Shown here: one piece after another, positions 19,788-29,325 of the stretch
Numbering within the stretch: position 1 is the stretch's first letter
How the letters are laid out: each line of letters starts with the position of its first letter
NCBI GenBank assembly: GCA_963741945.1
Contig: CAVUKA010000001.1
Coordinates: 1,152,001-1,216,000 of the forward strand
Origin: an uncultured Gemmatimonadales bacterium
GTDB taxonomy: Bacteria > Gemmatimonadota > Gemmatimonadetes > Longimicrobiales > RSA9
Direction: 5' to 3'
DNA: 64,000 nucleotides
Notes under the pieces: generated by a model
What the model saw: only the letters and a program-made list of their open reading frames with translations
What the model was told of the DNA's origin: nothing
Database searches by the model: none
Position numbers and translations under genes: made by a program

Positions 19788-20151
19788 GAGCGCGGAGAAC
19801 CGCCGGAGCACGCGGGGAACGGCCGGAGAGCGCGGAGAACCGCCGGAGCACGCGGAAGAACAGCCTTCCACGCGGAGGCGCGGAGAACGCGGAGGGCGCC
19901 GCGGGCCGAGGAAGCGGCGAGCCCACGCAGCCACGGGGGCCATTTTTTGAATGGCATGCCCGGCGCCCTGCGTTCGCCGCCGGCCTTCCGCTCCCCGGAA
20001 TCCCCTCCGCGTTCTCCGCGACTCCGCGTGGCCGCTGTTTCCTCCGCGTTCTCCGCGCCTCCGCATGACCGCCGTTCCTCCGCGTTGTCCGCGCCTCCGC
20101 GTGACCGCTGTTTCCTCCGCGTCCTCCGCGCCTCCGCGTGGAAGGCTGTTC
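19788..20151. repeat. Intergenic CGCGGAG/CTCCGCG repeat cluster with 37-bp inverted repeat
   Basis: ~40-bp tandem duplication at 19788-19860; 19858-19894 is the reverse complement of 20115-20151 (36/37); four tandem 36-37-bp units at 20005-20151. Confidence 0.88.
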
Positions 20152-20242
20152 CTCCGCTTGACCGCGGCGCAAACCTTGCAACCCGCAGAACCAACATCGC
20201 TTCGCGCCTCGCGCGGAGCGCACCCGAGGACGGACCGGAGTC

Positions 20243-20629
20243 ATGACCGACACAACCATCCTGATCGTGGATGACGATCCCGACTCCCTCGAAATCGTCC
20301 GCACGTTCCTGGAGTCGAAAGGCTACGTCGTCTCGACGGCGAGCAACGGAAGGGACGGGCTGGCGAAGCTCGAGGAAGTGCACCCGGCGCTGGTGCTGCT
20401 CGACGTGATGATGCCGGGGATGGACGGGTGGGAAGTGGCGCGCGTGATCAAGAACCACCCCAGCTTCGGGGACACGCGCGTGGTCATGCTCACGGCGCGC
20501 AGCGGCTTCAGCGACAAGCAGGCGGGGCTCCGGGCGGGCGCGGACGACTACATCGTGAAGCCGATCCGGCTGGACGATCTGGCCACCCGCGTGGAGAAGA
20601 ACCTGGAGGCGCGGACGAGCTCGACGTGA
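20243..20629 (+). CDS. Single-domain response regulator (REC)
   Basis: ILIVDDD, LLDVMMPGMDG, MLTA and YIVKP motifs. Confidence 0.93.
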   Translation: MTDTTILIVDDDPDSLEIVRTFLESKGYVVSTASNGRDGLAKLEEVHPALVLLDVMMPGMDGWEVARVIKNHPSFGDTRVVMLTARSGFSDKQAGLRAGADDYIVKPIRLDDLATRVEKNLEARTSST

Positions 20630-22284
20630 AGATCGTCGCCCGTGTGAGTGATCCCGAGCTGCGGGACACCGTCGACCGCGTGGGGCAGCGCCTCAAGGCT
20701 ACCATTTCCTACGGCGCTGGCGCTGACCGCTCTCCCGCGACCGAGGTCGACCGGAGCGGCAACGGCGCCGGGAATGCGGATGTCCTGCTCGCCGAGATGC
20801 CGGCGGACCACCGGCTCGACGCGCTGGCCGACCAGGCGCACTCCCTCGGCGCCGCACTGGTGATCGCCTGCCGATCCCAGGAGGACTGCGCGGCCGACTC
20901 GCTGGTGCAGGCGGATGACTGGTTCCGCGTCCCGGCGGACGACGAGGAGGTCGAGGCGAGGCTCGGCACGGCCCGGCAGCGGGCGATCCAGCACCTGCTC
21001 TCCCGCGACCGCGAGCACGCCGCCGAGCTGCTCCGCTACGAGGAGCTGCTCTACGACCGGCTCACCGGCTTCCCGACCCTTCCGGTCATGATGGAGAAGG
21101 CCCGGAGCCTCCTGGAGAACTATGGCGAGCTGACCATCCTCTACATCCAGTTCGTCTGGTTCGAGAAGATCGAGGAGATCTACGGCTGGCAGAAGCTGGA
21201 CGACGTCCTGGAGTCCACGGCCGACGGCGTGCGCGCGTTCTATCGCCGCCACCATCCGGACTCCGAGAGCCTGATGATGGTGAGCCACATCGGCGACGAC
21301 GACTTCATCCTCTTCACGGAGCACCCGCGCATGCGGGATGTCGACGAGCCGGAGCGGCGGCTGAAGGAGCTGACGCAGAACATGGAGGAGCACCTGCGTC
21401 GTCGGCTCGAGACGGACCACTCCGAGGACATCGCGTCGCTCTGCGGCATCTACGTGGGCGCGGCCACGGTGTTCCGGAACCCGAAGATCCGGACGGAGCG
21501 GCTGATCTATCGAGGGATCCGGGAGGCATCGCAGGCGGCGCGCGGCGCGAAGGAGTGGGAGCGGAGCCGCAAGATCAGCGACCTGAAGGCGCTGTTGCGC
21601 GAGGGCGCCGTGTTCATGGAGTACCACCCGATCATCGTCACGGCCACGGAGGAGGTGTACGGCTACGAGGCGCTGGCTCGCGGACGTCGAAGCGGGCTCC
21701 GCTCTCCCGAGGTGCTGCTCGACGTCGCCAGTCAGGCCAACCTCCTCTGGGAGCTGTCCCGGCTGCTCCGGCGCCGCGCCGTGGAAGGGATCGCCGACGC
21801 GCTCAAGGAAGGCGAGCTGCTCTTCCTCAACGTGGACCCGCACGACTTCAACGACCCCGAGTTCCGCGACATCACGCCCGAGTCACTCGGCATGAGCGAT
21901 CCCGACCGGCTCGTGCTCGAGATCACAGAGCGCACGGCCATCAGCGACTACCCCCGGTTCCAGCAGTACCTGAAGACGTTCCGCGAGCGCGGATTCCGAT
22001 TCGCGGTCGACGACGCGGGCAGCGGCTATGCCGGACTCGGCTCCATCGCCAACCTGGATCCCGACTACATCAAGCTCGACATCTCGCTCATTTCCAACAT
22101 TGACACCAACTTCCTGAAACAGAACCTGGTGGAGACGCTGGTGGGGTTCGCCGAGAACCACGGCGCCATGGTCGTGGCCGAAGGTGTCGAGCGACGTGAC
22201 GAATTCGAGACCATCAAGCAGATTGGCGTCCACCTGACCCAGGGATTCCTCTTCCATAAGCCCCGGCTCGTCGGCATTGATTGA
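20626..22284 (+). CDS. EAL-domain c-di-GMP phosphodiesterase with degenerate GGDEF domain
   Basis: YDRLTGFP and HIGDDDF (degenerate GGDEF); YEALARG, LEITE, DDAGSGY, IKLD and AEGVE; GTG 20626 overlaps the REC stop. Confidence 0.85.
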   Translation: MKIVARVSDPELRDTVDRVGQRLKATISYGAGADRSPATEVDRSGNGAGNADVLLAEMPADHRLDALADQAHSLGAALVIACRSQEDCAADSLVQADDWFRVPADDEEVEARLGTARQRAIQHLLSRDREHAAELLRYEELLYDRLTGFPTLPVMMEKARSLLENYGELTILYIQFVWFEKIEEIYGWQKLDDVLESTADGVRAFYRRHHPDSESLMMVSHIGDDDFILFTEHPRMRDVDEPERRLKELTQNMEEHLRRRLETDHSEDIASLCGIYVGAATVFRNPKIRTERLIYRGIREASQAARGAKEWERSRKISDLKALLREGAVFMEYHPIIVTATEEVYGYEALARGRRSGLRSPEVLLDVASQANLLWELSRLLRRRAVEGIADALKEGELLFLNVDPHDFNDPEFRDITPESLGMSDPDRLVLEITERTAISDYPRFQQYLKTFRERGFRFAVDDAGSGYAGLGSIANLDPDYIKLDISLISNIDTNFLKQNLVETLVGFAENHGAMVVAEGVERRDEFETIKQIGVHLTQGFLFHKPRLVGID

Positions 22285-22308
22285 CCGGGGCGGGCACCCA
22301 CGAGGCCC

Positions 22309-24219
22309 GTGACCGAGCAGCCAAGAGCAGACGACCGGCACCCGCCCCACCCGGACCTGGAGTCCGGGCCCGGGAACGACCGCGACCCCGACTACCACGG
22401 GCGGCGCGACCGCGCTGCGCACCGCCACCGCCGCATCACGGCCCGCGCGGGGCGCGTCTCCAACCTCCGGCTGGCAATCTTCCTGGCCGGAATCGGCGCC
22501 CTCGTATGGGCAGAAGTGCGCCCGCATACCGGCCCCGTGGCCTTCGCCATTTTCGCCGCAGCCGTGGTGGTGTTCGTGGTCCTGGTGGTGGTCCACTCCC
22601 GGCTGACGCAGCGCGCCCGGGTCGCGCAGGAGCTGGCGCGGGTCAACGAGGAAGCGCTGGCGCGGGTTCAGCGGGAATGGAGCGGGCTCCCCACCGTGCC
22701 GGAGCGGGGCGAGCCCGGTCACGCGTTCGCGCACGATCTGGACGTTTTCGGCCATGCGTCCGTGGCCCGTCTGTTCGGCACGGCCGGAACCGGGATCGGC
22801 CGGGAGCGGCTGTACGCGTGGCTGCTGGAGCCCGCGAGCACGGAGGAAGCCCGGCGTCGCCAGGCCGCGGTGAAGGAGCTGGTGCGCCGCCTCGACTTCC
22901 GCCAGGACCTGCAGGTGGCCGGGCGGCTCGCCGGGAACCCCGATCGGCGCGCCATCGGCCGCTTCCTGGAGTGGGCGGAGGGCGACGCGTGGCTCCTCGC
23001 GCGACCGGCGCTCCTCTGGGCCTCCCGCCTGATTCCGGCCGCCACGCTCGTGCTGGGCGTGCTGCAGGCGCAGGGCGTGCTGGAGCGGCCATGGTGGATC
23101 GCGACCCTCGTCGCCGGCACGCTGCTGGCCGTGGCCGTCGGGCGGCGAATCCACGACGCCCTCGACCGCGCTTCACTCGGCGACGCCAGCCTCCGCCACT
23201 ACGCCGGGCTCGTGGATCGCATCCAGGCGGAGACGTTCGAAAGCGAGCCGCTCCGGGCCGCCCGGGCCGCGCTCACCGAGCCATGCGACGCGCGGCGCGA
23301 GCTGGAGCGGCTGGGCTGGCTGACGGAGCTCGCCGACCTCCGCCACGGCGGCATGTTCTATGTCCTCATCCACGTGCCCACGCTCTGGGATTTCCACGTC
23401 CTGGCCGCGCTCGAGCACTGGCAGCGCCGGGCGGGGCGTCACGTGCGGGCGTGGGCGGAGCGCATCGCGGAAGTGGACGCCTGTGCGGCGCTCGCCTCGC
23501 CCGTGGCTGAGGAGGCGGGCTGGTCGTTCCCGGAGCTCGCCCAAGACGGCGAGCGCTTCGTCGCCGAGGGTCTCGCCCATCCGATGCTGCCCGCAGGACG
23601 CCGCGTCCCCAACGACGTGGTGGTGGGTCCACCGGGCACGTTCCTCATGGTCACCGGGTCGAACATGTCCGGGAAGAGCACGCTCCTGCGCGCCATCGGC
23701 GTGAACGCCGTGCTCGCGCTGGCCGGCGGCCCCGTATGCGCCCGCCGCCTGCGCACGCCGCCGCTCGACATCCGGACCAGCATGCGCGTGGAGGACTCAC
23801 TCGAAGAAGGCGTGTCGCTGTTCATGGCCGAGCTGCAGCAGCTGAAGCGCGTGGTGGATGCCGCCGACGCGGCCGGCCATGGCGACGATCCGGCCCACCA
23901 CGACGTCGCCGACGCCCCCCTCGTCCTCTACCTCCTGGACGAAATCCTCCACGGGACGAACAGCGCCGAACGGCAGGTAGCCGTGCGCCGCGTCATCGCG
24001 CACCTGCTGGAGAGCCGCGCCATCGGCGCCATCTCCACCCACGACCTGGAGCTCGCCAACGCCGAGCCGCTGGCCTCCGCCGTGGTCCCCGTGCACTTCC
24101 GCGAGACCGTGCACCCGGAAGGCCACGAGCCGCCCATGACGTTCGACTACGTGCTGCGCGACGGCGTCGCCACGTCAACGAACGCGCTCAAGCTGGTCAG
24201 GCTGGTGGGGCTGGCGTAG
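22309..24219 (+). CDS. Membrane-anchored MutS-like ATPase (MutS domain V only)
   Basis: TM segments; TGSNMSGKST, SLFMAEL, LDEILHGTNS and STHDLEL motifs. Confidence 0.88.
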   Translation: MTEQPRADDRHPPHPDLESGPGNDRDPDYHGRRDRAAHRHRRITARAGRVSNLRLAIFLAGIGALVWAEVRPHTGPVAFAIFAAAVVVFVVLVVVHSRLTQRARVAQELARVNEEALARVQREWSGLPTVPERGEPGHAFAHDLDVFGHASVARLFGTAGTGIGRERLYAWLLEPASTEEARRRQAAVKELVRRLDFRQDLQVAGRLAGNPDRRAIGRFLEWAEGDAWLLARPALLWASRLIPAATLVLGVLQAQGVLERPWWIATLVAGTLLAVAVGRRIHDALDRASLGDASLRHYAGLVDRIQAETFESEPLRAARAALTEPCDARRELERLGWLTELADLRHGGMFYVLIHVPTLWDFHVLAALEHWQRRAGRHVRAWAERIAEVDACAALASPVAEEAGWSFPELAQDGERFVAEGLAHPMLPAGRRVPNDVVVGPPGTFLMVTGSNMSGKSTLLRAIGVNAVLALAGGPVCARRLRTPPLDIRTSMRVEDSLEEGVSLFMAELQQLKRVVDAADAAGHGDDPAHHDVADAPLVLYLLDEILHGTNSAERQVAVRRVIAHLLESRAIGAISTHDLELANAEPLASAVVPVHFRETVHPEGHEPPMTFDYVLRDGVATSTNALKLVRLVGLA

Positions 24220-25599
24220 GGGCGTGCCTACCGCCGAGTCCGGCGCCAGCGTGTCCGGCGGCGGATACAGCTCCGCGCCCAGACCCGCGAACCACGGCTC
24301 CTTCCCGTCCGCGTCGGCGAACGCCTCGACCGGGTAGCGCACAGCGGCATGCCAGAGGACCCACTCGCGAAGACCGGCGTCGTAGACGGCATCGATCTGC
24401 GCCCGTATCTGGCGAGGGCCATAGTCGGGCTTGCCCATGCTGAACGCCTGGAGCCATGGCCGGATCCCGGCGGCGCCGTCGATTTCCTTCGAACGCTCCA
24501 CTCCATCCGTAACGGCGTGGCGCACGATCTGGTACGGCGCGGCGTTCGGGTTCTGATAGTGCCAGGTCCCGCGCGGGTAGTGCGACGGGTAGACCATGGG
24601 GAGCAGGACATCGGTCACGTCCGACATCTTCTCCCACAGCTGCCCGATTCCGTAATCGCGGTGCGCCGACGCGGTGATGCCGAACACGTCGGCGGTCACG
24701 GGCACGCCGTAGTCCGCCAGCCGGTCGCGTGAGTAGGCCAGGAAAGCGCGGATGCCGTCCGCCTTGTCCCTGCCGTCGCGCGCGGGGTAGACCGCGGGGA
24801 CCGTGTCCATGTACGAGCTCGGCACGTCCGGGAAGCGCACGTAGTCCCACTGGACTTCGCTGAACCCCAGCGCCACCGCCTCGCGCGCCAGCTCGATGTT
24901 GTAGTCCCACACGTGCCGGTCGTAGGCGTCCACCCAGCGCACCCCGTGCTGGTCCTCCCACACCGACCCGTCCTCCGCCGTGATCGCCCATTCCGGCCTC
25001 GCCGACGCCAGCAGCGGGTCCTTGAACGCGACGATCCGCGCGATCGGGTAGATCCCGTGCTCGCGAAGCCGCGTCAGCACGCCTCGGATGTCGCCGATCT
25101 TCACCCGCGCCGTGGCCCCGATCTCCTCCGCCAGCGGCACTCCCGACGCGTAGCTCACCTCGCCCGTCGCATCCTTCACGTCGATCACGAAGCTGTTGAT
25201 CTCCGTGTCATCCGCAAGCGCGATCAGCTGACCCAGGCGACGCGAGCTCCCCACGCTCCACGCCCCCACGTAGATGCCCCGCACCGCGTCCGGCTTCGGC
25301 ACCCGCTCCACCGCCGCCGCGCCACGCCCGGGCACACCCGCCGCCGCATTGGCCTCCGCGGGATCGGGCGCCGCCGCCGCGAGGTCCGGCGGCCCAGGCG
25401 TCGCCGCGGTCCCCTCCGCCGGACCGGGCGCTGCCGCCGCGACCTGGCCGGGATCGGCCGTCGCTCCGGCCCGATCGCGTCCGATCCCGAACCCGAGGCC
25501 CGCCGCCGCCACCAGCGTCAACACGCCAGCGGCCACGCGGAGACCAGGTCGGCGACCCCGTCCCGTCGACGGATGGTTTTCCTCACGCCGGAAGAGCAT
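24175..25599 (-). CDS. Putative glycoside hydrolase (DUF4015-like)
   Basis: VRGIYV, VIDVKD, IARIVAFKD, EVQWDYVRFP, PMVYPSHY and RPWLQAF; N-terminal TM with Ala/Pro linker; ATG 25599 inferred. Confidence 0.82.
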   Translation of the reverse strand: MLFRREENHPSTGRGRRPGLRVAAGVLTLVAAAGLGFGIGRDRAGATADPGQVAAAAPGPAEGTAATPGPPDLAAAAPDPAEANAAAGVPGRGAAAVERVPKPDAVRGIYVGAWSVGSSRRLGQLIALADDTEINSFVIDVKDATGEVSYASGVPLAEEIGATARVKIGDIRGVLTRLREHGIYPIARIVAFKDPLLASARPEWAITAEDGSVWEDQHGVRWVDAYDRHVWDYNIELAREAVALGFSEVQWDYVRFPDVPSSYMDTVPAVYPARDGRDKADGIRAFLAYSRDRLADYGVPVTADVFGITASAHRDYGIGQLWEKMSDVTDVLLPMVYPSHYPRGTWHYQNPNAAPYQIVRHAVTDGVERSKEIDGAAGIRPWLQAFSMGKPDYGPRQIRAQIDAVYDAGLREWVLWHAAVRYPVEAFADADGKEPWFAGLGAELYPPPDTLAPDSAVGTPLRQPHQPDQLERVR

Positions 25600-25986
25600 T
25601 CGCCCCAGTGGGTTGGATTCCGAGAACACGTGTTTCGCCGGGAGAATAGGTAAAGAAGGCCGTCGGGACCACCGGAAACATATGCCGCACGTTCGAGGCC
25701 ACCCGCCAGGTCCCACACCCGGCTCCACGAAACTCGCTCCAGGTGGAGAGATCCGCCAGGATCATCAATGCGCGTAACGTGTTGTACTGCATTAATATAC
25801 GGCCACACCCGCCGCCGGAGGATCTCTCCACGTCGAGCGACTTTCGACGGGGGGTGACATGCCGTACCGCCGCGTGCTGGCCCGCGGTGGCCCTTCTCGC
25901 GCACGGCCCTGCTCGCGCGCGGCCTCGCGGCCTTCTCGCGCACGGCCTCTGATTTCACGCGCGGGGGCGCGAGGGGAGCGCTGGCG

Positions 25987-27162
25987 CTAATAGCGCGGCA
26001 TGCGCGGGTCCACCTCGTCGCGCCAGGCGGCGAGCCCGCCGCGAAGGTTGCGGGCATGGCGGTGGCCGCGGCCGCGGAGGAAGCGGGTGACGTCGCCGCT
26101 GCGTTCGCCCACGTGGCAGACGAAGACGGTCTCACGGGCGGGGTCGATCTCGTCGAGGCGCGATTCCAGCTGACGGATCGGGATGAGTCGAGCGCCGAAC
26201 TCGCCCAGGTTGGCGATGCGCCATTCGTAGGGCTCGCGGACGTCGACGAGATCGATGGCGTCGCCGCGGTCGAGGCGGTCTTTGAGCTCACGCGCTCCGA
26301 TCTCGAACGGCGTCTCGGGCTCGGCCGGAAGGGCGCCGACGGGCTCCCCCGCGCAGAACTCCTCGTAGTCGATGAGCTCGGTGAGGGTGGGATGATCGCC
26401 GCACGCGGGACACTCCGGGTTCCTGCGGAGCTTGAGCTCCCGCCATCTCAGCGCCAGGCCGTCGAAGAGGAGCAACCGCCCGATGAGCGGCTCGCCGGCG
26501 CCGGTGATGAGCTTGATGGCTTCCAGGGCCTGGAGCGAGCCGATGACGCCGGGGAGCACGCCCAGGACGCCGCCCTCGGCGCAGCTGGTGACGAGGTCGG
26601 GTGGCGGCGGTTGGCGGAAGAGGCAGCGGTAGCAGGGCGCGTCGTCGCCGCCGAAGACGGAGACCTGGCCTTCGAACTTGAGGATCGAACCGTAGACGTT
26701 CCGCTTCCCCAGGAGGACGCACGCGTCATTGACCAGGTACCGGGTCGGGAAGTTGTCCGTCCCATCGAGCACGATGTCGTAGTCGCGGATGATCTCGAGC
26801 GCGTTCTCGCTGGTGAGCCGCTCCGGGTGTTTCACCACGGCGATGTGCGGGTTGAGGTCCCGCAGCCGCTCCGCGGCGGCGTCCAGCTTCGGCCGTCCCA
26901 GGTCCGACTCGCCGTAGAGCACCTGCCGCTGGAGGTTGCTCGCGTCCACCACATCGAAATCGACGAGCCCGAGCGTGCCCACTCCCGCCGCGGCGAGGTA
27001 GAGCGCCGCGGGCGAGCCCAGGCCGCCGGCGCCCACGATGAGGACGCGCGCCGCCTTGAGCTTCTCCTGCCCCGTCTCACCGACACCGTCGAGGACCAGG
27101 TGGCGGGCGTAGCGGAGCGTCTCCGCGGGGGAGAGGGAGGATTCGCGAGGGTCGCCCATCAC
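25987..27162 (-). CDS. moeB: MoeB/MoeZ-type adenylyltransferase with rhodanese domain
   Basis: RYARH, GAGGLG, SNLQRQ, CYRC and CAEGGVLG; C-terminal DVREP..CHVG.RS. Confidence 0.9.
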   Translation of the reverse strand: MMGDPRESSLSPAETLRYARHLVLDGVGETGQEKLKAARVLIVGAGGLGSPAALYLAAAGVGTLGLVDFDVVDASNLQRQVLYGESDLGRPKLDAAAERLRDLNPHIAVVKHPERLTSENALEIIRDYDIVLDGTDNFPTRYLVNDACVLLGKRNVYGSILKFEGQVSVFGGDDAPCYRCLFRQPPPPDLVTSCAEGGVLGVLPGVIGSLQALEAIKLITGAGEPLIGRLLLFDGLALRWRELKLRRNPECPACGDHPTLTELIDYEEFCAGEPVGALPAEPETPFEIGARELKDRLDRGDAIDLVDVREPYEWRIANLGEFGARLIPIRQLESRLDEIDPARETVFVCHVGERSGDVTRFLRGRGHRHARNLRGGLAAWRDEVDPRMPRY

Positions 27163-27482
27163 CCGCCCGCGATGCTCGGGACCACGGTCACCACGTCGTC
27201 CGGGCCGGCCGGCGTGTCCTCGCCGGCCAGGTAGCGGACGTCGTCGTCATTCAGGAAGACGTTCACGTGCTCCCGCAGCCCACCGGCCTCCGACCGGAGA
27301 TGGCGACGGAGCCCCGGGTGTCGACGGACCAGTGCGTCCAGCGCCTCGCCCACGGTCGTGCCGGGCACGGCCACTTCGGACGCCCCATCCGTCAGCGGGC
27401 GCAGGGGGCCGGGTACGCGGATGCGCACCGTCGTGGCGTCGGCGGGAAGGGGCTGCGGGGGTCGGGGGTCATCCATGCTCAT
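27159..27482 (-). CDS. MoaD/ThiS/CysO-family sulfur carrier
   Basis: Beta-grasp sequence ending PSIAGG; coupled to moeB. Confidence 0.9.
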   Translation of the reverse strand: MSMDDPRPPQPLPADATTVRIRVPGPLRPLTDGASEVAVPGTTVGEALDALVRRHPGLRRHLRSEAGGLREHVNVFLNDDDVRYLAGEDTPAGPDDVVTVVPSIAGG

Positions 27483-27504
27483 GCGATCCGAGGTACCCGG
27501 AGCG

Positions 27505-27541
27505 GCCGTGTTCGTGCCGTGTTCGTGCCGTGTTCGTGCCG
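27505..27541. repeat. Tandem repeat (GCCGTGTTCGT)x3
   Basis: Three perfect 11-bp copies plus GCCG between waaA and the sulfur carrier gene. Confidence 0.9.
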
Positions 27542-27542
27542 C

Positions 27543-28877
27543 TCAGAACAGCCCCGCCACGAGCTCGGCGTTGCGCCTGGCGGCGCCGGTGCGCGATTCC
27601 ACGAACGCCCGCGCCCGCTCGCCCGATGCCCGCGTCGTCGCGGGATCCGCCAGCAGATCGCGCAGGCGCGCCTCGAGGGCGGCCGCGGTGTTCACCACCC
27701 GCGCCCCCCCGGCCTTCGCCAGTCCCACCGCTTCCGACGCGTTCCCGTGCGCGGGGCCGAACAGAACCAGGACGCCGAGCGCCGCCGGCTCCACCACCGA
27801 ATGCAGGCCGGCCTTCCCGAACCCGCCCCCCACGTACGCCGCGTCGGCCAGGGCGTACAGATCGGCGAGGACGCCCATCCGGTCCACGACCACCACTTCA
27901 GGCGCCGGCCGACCGCTCGCCACGACCGCGCTCAGGCGGGCGTGGTCCAGCCGATGCCGCTGGAGGCGCTCTTCGAGCTGCCGCAGGTGCGCGCGCGACG
28001 GCTCGTGGGGCGCAATGACCAGCCGCAGCGGGTGCTCGCGCCGGAGCACGGACACGCCGGGGAGCAGGACCTTCTCGTCCTCGGCCCACGTGGACCCGGC
28101 GACCAGCGTGAAGACGGACGGATCGTCCAGCTTCCGCCAGATCGGCCGGATCTCCGCCGGCACGCGCTCTGCCGCGCTCTCCTGCCCGCGCAGCCCGGCC
28201 AGCCCGCGCGCCTCGATCCGGCGGAACACCTGATCGAAGCGGGCGTCGCCGGTCACCGTGATCCGCCCGGGCGGTACTCCCAGGCGCTCGTAACGCTGGG
28301 CGCACGCATCGTTCGCAGCACCGACCCGCTCCAGGCGACGATACACGGCTTCCAGGAACGCGCGACCCAGCCAGCTCAGGCGCCCCGAGTCCTCCGCCAG
28401 CACGGCGTTCACCAGCGCCATGCGCGCGCCCGCCTGGGCCGCTTCCCGCGTCACCACGGGCCACACCTCCGTGCGGACGAACGCGATGGCCGACGGGCGG
28501 AGCAGCCCCAGGACCTCCCGCACCGGCTTGCGCGTGTCCCAGGGGATGTAGCCCCAGACGTCGGCCCCCACCTCTCCCACCATCCGCTCCGCCGACGGCG
28601 AGAAATGGGTGAACGCGATCTGCGCCTCGGGACGGAGGTCGCGGAGCTCCGCGATGATCGCCTGCGCCATCAGGCTCTCGCCCACCGACGGGGCGTGGAA
28701 CCAGACCAGCGGGCGGGCGCGGTCGCGCTCCGAAGCGCCCCACGCACGGAACCGGTTCAGCGACTCCTTCCGGCCGCGAACCCCGCGCGTGGCCTTCGCG
28801 TGCAGCGGCGAGGCTGCCCGGATCAGCGGCCCGACCGCGGCCAGCGCCCCTTCGTACAGGTTCTCAGGCAGTGACAC
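27543..28877 (-). CDS. waaA: 3-deoxy-D-manno-octulosonate transferase (KdtA/WaaA)
   Basis: WFHAPSVGE, EVWP, TGDARFD, AGSTW and AYVGGGF..HSVVEPA motifs. Confidence 0.88.
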   Translation of the reverse strand: MSLPENLYEGALAAVGPLIRAASPLHAKATRGVRGRKESLNRFRAWGASERDRARPLVWFHAPSVGESLMAQAIIAELRDLRPEAQIAFTHFSPSAERMVGEVGADVWGYIPWDTRKPVREVLGLLRPSAIAFVRTEVWPVVTREAAQAGARMALVNAVLAEDSGRLSWLGRAFLEAVYRRLERVGAANDACAQRYERLGVPPGRITVTGDARFDQVFRRIEARGLAGLRGQESAAERVPAEIRPIWRKLDDPSVFTLVAGSTWAEDEKVLLPGVSVLRREHPLRLVIAPHEPSRAHLRQLEERLQRHRLDHARLSAVVASGRPAPEVVVVDRMGVLADLYALADAAYVGGGFGKAGLHSVVEPAALGVLVLFGPAHGNASEAVGLAKAGGARVVNTAAALEARLRDLLADPATTRASGERARAFVESRTGAARRNAELVAGLF

Positions 28878-28936
28878 GGTCCCGACTCCACCGGCGCCTC
28901 TCCATCCGCTTCACCCGCGCCACCCCTCTCCCCGGC

Positions 28937-29134
28937 TCACCCGGGCGTGAATTCCCGCGCGTCCGGATCCGCCTGGACCCGGACCTCCGCAAGCTCCGCC
29001 GTCGCGGCCACGCTCTCGGACATACGCTCCGCCGCGGCAAGGAGCGCGCCCCGGAGGTCGGGGGCCTCCACGTCGATTATCTCATAGAGCGCCCTCGGCG
29101 CCCCGTGTCGGATCGTGACTCTGTAGCTCGGCAT
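28937..29134 (-). CDS. Small hypothetical protein (65 aa)
   Basis: MPSYRVTIRHG...REFTPG; protein-like composition, GC3 bias. Confidence 0.6.
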   Translation of the reverse strand: MPSYRVTIRHGAPRALYEIIDVEAPDLRGALLAAAERMSESVAATAELAEVRVQADPDAREFTPG

Positions 29135-29325
29135 GATCGTTCGAGTGGGGGACCGCGCGTATTGTCGCGCCCGCCCGGGCGGGAGGCAACGCCCTCCGCA
29201 CCAGCGTCCACACCAGATCCACTCCGTGCCCGTAGCGGGCCCGCCTCCGCGCGTCCCGATGGCGCCGGCCGCCGGAAGCCGCCACTTTGTGTCCCGACCC
29301 GGCACGTCACATGGACAGGGCCGCC

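Noticed and set aside
20005-20151. 36-37-bp repeats as a CRISPR array
   Set aside because: Units are contiguous with only ~10-nt variable tails; no unique 25-45-nt spacers and no cas genes
25764-25800. AT-rich patch with ATGCGCGTAA resembling the XerC arm of dif
   Set aside because: No XerD arm (TTATGTTAAAT) at the 6-nt spacing; more likely promoter/IHF-type sequence of the DUF4015 gene
25885-25950. Short repeats CCTTCTCGCGCACGGCC
   Set aside because: Two copies plus a degenerate one in a GC-rich gap; no further structure supportable
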